In this document: piece by piece, positions 59,178-64,000 of the stretch | Position numbering within the stretch: the stretch's first letter is position 1 | Layout of the letters: each line of letters opens with the position of its first letter | IMG/VR virus record: IMGVR_UViG_3300014613_000021 | Coordinates: 24,407-88,406 of that record | Direction: 5' to 3' (one strand) | Origin: a virus | Lineage: Duplodnaviria; Caudoviricetes | Length of the DNA stretch: 64,000 nucleotides | Notes under the pieces: generated by a model | What the model was told of the DNA's origin: nothing | What the model saw: only the letters and a program-made list of their open reading frames with translations | Databases searched by the model: none | Made by a program: the position numbers and the translations under genes

Positions 59178-59826
59178 TCTTTATAAAATAATTAGAAAAT
59201 ATATCATTTGCATCTAAACAATTAAATACAACACCTAATTCATTTGCAAATAACCAAGATATATACGGTAAACTTATCTGGTCTCTCCTACTCCACTTTT
59301 CAACCTCTCTCCACCACAAATCAAAAAATAGCTTTTCATTTGAAGTGAGTTTTGGTCTTACAATCACACCAGTTTGAAACAACCCCCACTTTTTAGGAAA
59401 TTTTTTATCTATATAATCACAAACCTGATCTATTATTATTTCTGGACTATCCTTTTTTAATTTAATACAAGCATCACCCTCGTCATATAAACAATTCCTT
59501 TCCGGGTGTTTCATTAAAGAAATTGTTTCCAATCCAAAACATTTTTCCTTGATAAATTGGTCAAGATCGCAATTTATCTGTATGTTTCCATCAACCCAAA
59601 CAGATAGATCGTACTTACTTACATATAAATAACTAAGTATCTTTATCTTTCTGGCTAACTTAACTTGATGAATTGACTTATTAGTTATTCTTATTATATT
59701 CCAAAAATCTGATTTTAATTTTTCATTATCTGTAAAACAAAGATAGTTCCATCCATCAGTGATAATTTTTGGAGTGAGTAAATTATCATAATCGCCGGTT
59801 ATAACTGTATAGACTGCTTTAGTCAT
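59140..59826 (-). CDS. DUF616/TOD1-MUCI70-like glycosyltransferase
   Basis: VYTVITGDYD, LCFTD, WVDGN, HPERNCLYDE, RDQISLPY. Confidence 0.8.
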   Translation of the reverse strand: MTKAVYTVITGDYDNLLTPKIITDGWNYLCFTDNEKLKSDFWNIIRITNKSIHQVKLARKIKILSYLYVSKYDLSVWVDGNIQINCDLDQFIKEKCFGLETISLMKHPERNCLYDEGDACIKLKKDSPEIIIDQVCDYIDKKFPKKWGLFQTGVIVRPKLTSNEKLFFDLWWREVEKWSRRDQISLPYISWLFANELGVVFNCLDANDIFSNYFIKNDHNKNQFGGKF

Positions 59827-60361
59827 TCAATTTTTCACGGTTAAATATTCTCCACTTAACTACATAACCTTCATCAATAAATTTCTTTACTTTGTCCCTT
59901 AGTTCCTTTTGTTTTGTACCCTGAATAGTGCTATCATTTAACCTTTTCTCAGCAACCAAAACACAAGCATCAGTATCTGTATGTTTATTCCCTCCATGAG
60001 CAAGAACGTATTCAAAAGAAATCCCATCTCTTTCAAGTATAAATACATCAACTCCATTTCTTTTTTCAATTCTTGTATAAATAACAACAACTGTATCTTT
60101 TAGTAAAGGAGAATACCTAATACCAACACTATAACCTTCACTATTTGCCGGAATAGCCGTTATTTTTGGTATTTTTATTCCCTTAGCCCTTACAACATCT
60201 TCCAGTGTTTCGCAAAAATATTCATTAGAAATATAAATCTTTCCTAATGTTGTCTTTGTTGTTTCGTCTGTTCCAAAAGTATCACGATAGTGATCTATAT
60301 ATATCGCCAACCCAGCGACAATCTTTGTTTGTTCTATTGCAACCCTTTCTCCCTCAGTCAT
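59819..60361 (-). CDS. DUF5675-family protein
   Basis: TLGKIYI...CETLED...TAIPA, AHGGNKHTDTDACVLV. Confidence 0.75.
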   Translation of the reverse strand: MTEGERVAIEQTKIVAGLAIYIDHYRDTFGTDETTKTTLGKIYISNEYFCETLEDVVRAKGIKIPKITAIPANSEGYSVGIRYSPLLKDTVVVIYTRIEKRNGVDVFILERDGISFEYVLAHGGNKHTDTDACVLVAEKRLNDSTIQGTKQKELRDKVKKFIDEGYVVKWRIFNREKLND

Positions 60362-60906
60362 AATAAATGTAGTTTTTGTACTTGCGGATTTATACTACCT
60401 AATCTATATAAATGAAAAACATAAACCCCTTTCATTAACAATATTTTCTTACCTGCATTAAGTAATTTCCTGCTCATTAATGTATCAACCCCTAATATTC
60501 CTACATTTTCTTCAAATTTAAACCCTTCATCCCATGTTTTTTTTTGCATTATCATTAAATGACCTGAAATCGGCTTGGTAATCTCCTTTACTTCACTGTA
60601 ATAATCATTTTGAAGAGTCCTTGCAATAATGTGATGCTGAAACATATCTGTATTCTCGGAAATTTCACCAGAATAACATTGAGAAAGTTCCCCAACTCTA
60701 TTAGTCAAACAAGTAAACATCCCTGTATCTGGATGTGACTGTATAATGCTATTTATTTGGGCTCCATAACAAGGTACAAGAAAACAAACGTCCCCGTCCA
60801 TCAAACAAACCCAATCTTCGGGGTCTTGGACAAGGGACATCTCATAATTATATGCCTTACCTATATCTTTTTCTAAAGAATAGCAAGACCTGTATAAAAC
60901 CTTCAC
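60358..60906 (-). CDS. GT2-like glycosyltransferase
   Basis: IGKAYN, WVCLMDGD, ISGHLMIM, VYVFHLY. Confidence 0.7.
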   Translation of the reverse strand: MKVLYRSCYSLEKDIGKAYNYEMSLVQDPEDWVCLMDGDVCFLVPCYGAQINSIIQSHPDTGMFTCLTNRVGELSQCYSGEISENTDMFQHHIIARTLQNDYYSEVKEITKPISGHLMIMQKKTWDEGFKFEENVGILGVDTLMSRKLLNAGKKILLMKGVYVFHLYRLGSINPQVQKLHLL

Positions 60907-60913
60907 AACTTAA

Positions 60914-61198
60914 TTAACTTGACGCCGGAAAATCAATAAGTGTGGTAACTGAGTCACCAGTAGAAATATAGGACAGTTTCAGTCCGTTATTAGTTGCAAA
61001 GGTTTTAAATTCAGCAAGGGTATAAACCAACTCTCTAAAATTAAATCCTGCAATAACTTCAGCATCATCCAATCCCTCAATAAACATAACGGTAAACTTA
61101 TCGTCACCCGTTACATCCAAAAGGTTAGTTTTGTAAATGACCTTTACAGTTCCTGCTTCATTTTCAAATATCAGGTCTTTTTCAAATTTTTCTGCCAT
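60914..61198 (-). CDS. hypothetical protein
   Basis: 94 aa, acidic. Confidence 0.55.
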   Translation of the reverse strand: MAEKFEKDLIFENEAGTVKVIYKTNLLDVTGDDKFTVMFIEGLDDAEVIAGFNFRELVYTLAEFKTFATNNGLKLSYISTGDSVTTLIDFPASS

Positions 61199-61223
61199 GA
61201 CAAATAATGTTTTAAATTCTTTA

Positions 61224-61231
61224 TAAAGATA
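61224..61231 (-). promoter_or_regulatory. putative promoter element TATCTTTA
   Basis: Just past the terminator, upstream of the glycosyltransferase operon. Confidence 0.45.
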
Positions 61232-61251
61232 ATAAAATTTTACCTAAAAAT

Positions 61252-61278
61252 AAAAAAAAGGCTGTCATTACAACAGCC
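61252..61278 (-). terminator. intrinsic terminator
   Basis: GGCTGT-loop-ACAGCC followed by T8 on the minus strand. Confidence 0.8.
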
Positions 61279-61314
61279 CCTTAAGAACAAACCAATATAT
61301 GAAACCATGAAAGA

Positions 61315-61479
61315 CTAATTAAACCCTGTGTAATAAAATTCATGCAAAAGTTTCATGCGAAAAGAAAACGGTTCTTCATAAGACCTCTTTTCTTCTTCAG
61401 TAAAATCATCAAAAATAACAGCTTCTAAAACTGCCTTTTGAGATATAGTGTTTCTATATTCCAAAATATTTTCTTCCAT
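61315..61479 (-). CDS. small hypothetical protein (54 aa, not in ORF track)
   Basis: Hand translation MEENILEYRNTISQKAVLEAVIFDDF...; starts 3 nt after the ParB-like stop. Confidence 0.45.
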   Translation of the reverse strand: MEENILEYRNTISQKAVLEAVIFDDFTEEEKRSYEEPFSFRMKLLHEFYYTGFN

Positions 61480-61482
61480 AAT

Positions 61483-62379
61483 CTACTCCTCCACCGATTC
61501 ATATTCAACAAGTATTTCAAAAATATTCTCATTTGAAAGTTTTCCGTCAATGAGCTTACAACAAAACTCATACAACTCTCCCTTTTCTTTCTTTACCTTA
61601 AAACCCTCACCTTCAACCAACTTTCTGAGATTTTTAAAAGCCGTAATGCTGTTAAACTCTTTCTTTGATTTTTTTATGTCTTTCATAGTGACCTTTACCG
61701 GATCGCTTTCTTTCCCCTTTTCTTCTTCCGATTCAATCACTTTTTCTAAGATTTTACCTTCTTTCTTTTCTTCTTTTGTCTCAACCCCTTTTTCCTGAAT
61801 AGCTGTTCGCAAGGTTTCAGTTGCTTTTTCAAAGCTACCCTCTTCCTTCAAAATCTGTATTGCAAGGGTTGATTTGATTGTTTCGTCTCTTATCCAGTTT
61901 TTCATTTCTGAAGGTGATCCGGACAAAAGTTTAAGATTATTGATATACACAACAGATTTGCCAGTTTTCTTTGAAATATCTGATGCTGACATTCCGTAAT
62001 TCATAAGTCGGCTAATAGCCTCGCTTTCTTCCAGCGGATTCAGCTTCTTTCCATCGTTAAAAATAAGCATATCCAGTACCCGACTTTCTTCTGAAGCCTT
62101 CTGGTCTTCGATTATAACCGGAACAAGAAGGTTAATTCCGGATTCATTCAATAACCGGCAACCCCTCAACCTTCTTTCTCCGTCAATGAGATTAAAACGG
62201 TCGCCGTTCCGGTATACCCTGAGAAGGCCCTTTACTCCATTTTCACGAATACTTTCAGCAAGTTCTTCAACGTCCGAAAAATCCGTTCTGACATTGAACC
62301 CCTCTACAATGTCAATCAGCCTACTGTCAACCTTGTAATAAGTGTTCTTTTTTGATTCAATCATGGTTTCTGTTTTCAT
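61483..62379 (-). CDS. ParB/Srx-domain protein
   Basis: FNVR...EELAESIRENG, LIDGERRLRG, HTH (GMSASDISKKTGKS). Confidence 0.85.
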   Translation of the reverse strand: MKTETMIESKKNTYYKVDSRLIDIVEGFNVRTDFSDVEELAESIRENGVKGLLRVYRNGDRFNLIDGERRLRGCRLLNESGINLLVPVIIEDQKASEESRVLDMLIFNDGKKLNPLEESEAISRLMNYGMSASDISKKTGKSVVYINNLKLLSGSPSEMKNWIRDETIKSTLAIQILKEEGSFEKATETLRTAIQEKGVETKEEKKEGKILEKVIESEEEKGKESDPVKVTMKDIKKSKKEFNSITAFKNLRKLVEGEGFKVKKEKGELYEFCCKLIDGKLSNENIFEILVEYESVEE

Positions 62380-62438
62380 AATAAATTAAGTTTAAATTAA
62401 TAAAAATATATATAAATAAGTTATTTTCATTGCTTAAT

Positions 62439-62798
62439 TTAAGCGATATTCGTTGTGCCATGTATCTGCATTATAGCCTTATATTCTTCTTCAGTCCATT
62501 CATGTTCTACTTTTGAAGTCCCTGATAATTTTTCACTGACAGCATCGTAAAATATGCTGAAAGTGTTTGCATTTAGTTCAATCCCGTAATTTTCTAACGA
62601 CTTAAAAACACCATTTAACAATCCAGTCGTTAAAGCATATTTTACTTTATGAACATGTACATCTAATTGTTTTCTACAAACATTCATAATAGCACTTACA
62701 TTCTCTTTTGTAGGCTCTTCCATGATTTTAATATTTTTTACATTTTCGTCTTTGATTTTCTCAAATTCAGCCTTGTCCTTTTTTGTCCTTCTCCGCAT
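62439..62798 (-). CDS. hypothetical protein
   Basis: 119 aa. Confidence 0.55.
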   Translation of the reverse strand: MRRRTKKDKAEFEKIKDENVKNIKIMEEPTKENVSAIMNVCRKQLDVHVHKVKYALTTGLLNGVFKSLENYGIELNANTFSIFYDAVSEKLSGTSKVEHEWTEEEYKAIMQIHGTTNIA

Positions 62799-63012
62799 CA
62801 GACAAGTCTACGGAGATCGGCGAAATGAATGCCACCTTTGAGTTTTGAGGCTCAAATATTTCCCATTCGCCTGAATATTCCATCCCGACAGTCAGGGTGG
62901 TTTTTTTTGAAAAAAAGACTATTTTCCCGAACCGACTATCGGTACGGAATATTCCGTTTTCTATTCTTCCGGCAGGATTGGAAGAATATTTAATTGTAGC
63001 CTGGACTCTCAC
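62767..63012 (-). CDS. hypothetical protein
   Basis: 81 aa; GTG start in the same 30-bp leader as recA. Confidence 0.55.
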   Translation of the reverse strand: MRVQATIKYSSNPAGRIENGIFRTDSRFGKIVFFSKKTTLTVGMEYSGEWEIFEPQNSKVAFISPISVDLSDAEKDKKGQG

Positions 63013-63036
63013 GTTTCATTTTTATTAACAATTATT
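63007..63036. repeat. 30-bp exact repeat, copy 2
   Basis: Identical to 1065-1094. Confidence 0.9.
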
Positions 63037-63039
63037 CAG

Positions 63040-63234
63040 TTATATAATAAATTTGATATTTTTCAAATCTTCAAAATCAACTTCAAAATCATCATCGAGT
63101 TCATCTCTTTTTTCTGATAACTGTTGAATAAATTTATCAATGGAAGATTTTTGATAGTTTGTTTCAGAAATTTTATTATCATCTGTCTCCTGGAAATCAT
63201 ATAATTGCATGTTCGGACATTTAATAACGTTCAA
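63040..63234 (-). CDS. small acidic hypothetical protein
   Basis: 64 aa. Confidence 0.45.
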   Translation of the reverse strand: MNVIKCPNMQLYDFQETDDNKISETNYQKSSIDKFIQQLSEKRDELDDDFEVDFEDLKNIKFII

Positions 63235-64000
63235 CCTCGCTAAGTACCTTCCCTTTTCTAAACCCTATCTTCTTCGGATAAGTTGGGCTATCAGTCCATT
63301 CGTACAAATCAGAAACATCAACCTCAATTGACACATATTTATCACCTCTTCCATTTCTGAACGTGTCACACCATAAAGGCTTAGAACAGGCATGGAATTT
63401 CCCGGCGCCACATTCGTCTTTGAATGGTTTCCAGTCAGGATGCTCAACGGTGGTTCCCGGAAGCCACAGCGTCTCATTCTTTGTATTTTCTTGTGTCTTG
63501 AAATCAAATGAAACTTTCTTATATAAGATCACCTTGCCATTCTCTACTTTTACGTTAAATCGTTTAAGATAAGGTGTTCTAATTTTTTTTATCTCAGAAC
63601 CCAAATACACATCACCGCCGTTATTGAAAGTAGTGCCTTCAGGTAGTGGATGTGAGTTGTAAGAACTCAAATATACATCACAGCCGTTATTGAAAACGAT
63701 GTCTTTAGGTAGCGGGTGTGAGTTGTAAGAACTCAAATATACATCACAGCCGTTATTGAAAACGATGTCTTTAGGTAGCGGGTGTGAGTTGTAAGAATTT
63801 AAATACACATCACCGCCGTTATTGAAAACGATGCCTTCAGGTAGCGGGTGTGAGTTGTAAGAATTTAAATACACATCACCGCCGTTGTTGAAAACGATGC
63901 CTTCAGGTAGCGGGTGTGAGTTGTAAGAATTTAAATACACATCACCGCCGTTATTGAAAACGATGCCTTCAGGTAGCGGGTGTGAGTTGTAAGAACTCAA
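63221..64000 (-). CDS. LRR-like tandem-repeat protein with C-terminal DUF7666-like domain (5' truncated by window edge)
   Basis: Six 22-aa units SYNSHPLPEGIVFNNGGDVYLN; C-terminal ILYKKV...ECGAGKFHAC domain; the apparent TTG start is a Leu inside a repeat. Confidence 0.75.
   Translation of the reverse strand: MSSYNSHPLPEGIVFNNGGDVYLNSYNSHPLPEGIVFNNGGDVYLNSYNSHPLPEGIVFNNGGDVYLNSYNSHPLPKDIVFNNGCDVYLSSYNSHPLPKDIVFNNGCDVYLSSYNSHPLPEGTTFNNGGDVYLGSEIKKIRTPYLKRFNVKVENGKVILYKKVSFDFKTQENTKNETLWLPGTTVEHPDWKPFKDECGAGKFHACSKPLWCDTFRNGRGDKYVSIEVDVSDLYEWTDSPTYPKKIGFRKGKVLSEVERY
63600..64000. repeat. 66-bp tandem repeat (coding), at least six units
   Basis: tgagttgtaagaa recurs with a 66-bp period (e.g. 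63653, 63719). Confidence 0.92.

Noticed and set aside
61448-61798. Plus-strand and nested alternative-frame ORFs in the track (this one and those at 1565, 2780, 9981, 10704, 31211, 48941, 63265, etc.)
   Set aside because: They are shadows of well-supported minus-strand genes, with low-complexity F/L/S-rich translations
1-64000. Stop-codon reassignment (TAG or TGA recoding), as in some Bacteroidota phages
   Set aside because: Long conserved genes are intact under the standard code, and TAG ends several complete genes (e.g. 15827, 21302, 28306, 29809, 44632)
63600-64000. 66-bp repeats as a CRISPR array
   Set aside because: Units are contiguous, in frame and coding, with no unique spacers and no cas genes

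Overview
A 64-kb fragment of a large, AT-rich, contractile-tailed (myovirus-type) dsDNA phage. Every credible gene is on the minus strand and the standard genetic code reads cleanly. The host is inferred to be Bacteroidota, based on TAnnTTTG promoters, Sec signal peptides with Gln at +1, and D-(S/T)-(A/I/L/V/M/T) sequons. Layout from left to right: replication/recombination genes (RecA, Mre11/SbcD-like nuclease, gp32-like SSB, UvsY-like protein, DnaE, QueE-like radical SAM, primase, helicase); terminase large subunit and a DEDDh exonuclease; a small integron-like cassette array carrying a DNA methyltransferase; an intergenic region with a structured RNA candidate and an IS200/IS605 remnant; a tail/baseplate/neck/head module whose capsid protein resembles those of Herelleviridae; a second fibre module; a glycosyltransferase cluster; a ParB-like gene; and a repeat protein cut by the window edge. 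The strongest unexplained signal is that two tail-fibre-like proteins and a small neighbour carry Sec signal peptides and are densely packed with Bacteroidota O-glycosylation sequons, while neighbouring cytoplasmic tail proteins are not. This suggests fibres exported to and glycosylated in the host periplasm. Also notable: attC-like hairpins with matched cassette ends, and modular head-cargo proteins punctuated by putative prohead-protease sites. All family assignments come from motif recognition by eye; no database search was run.
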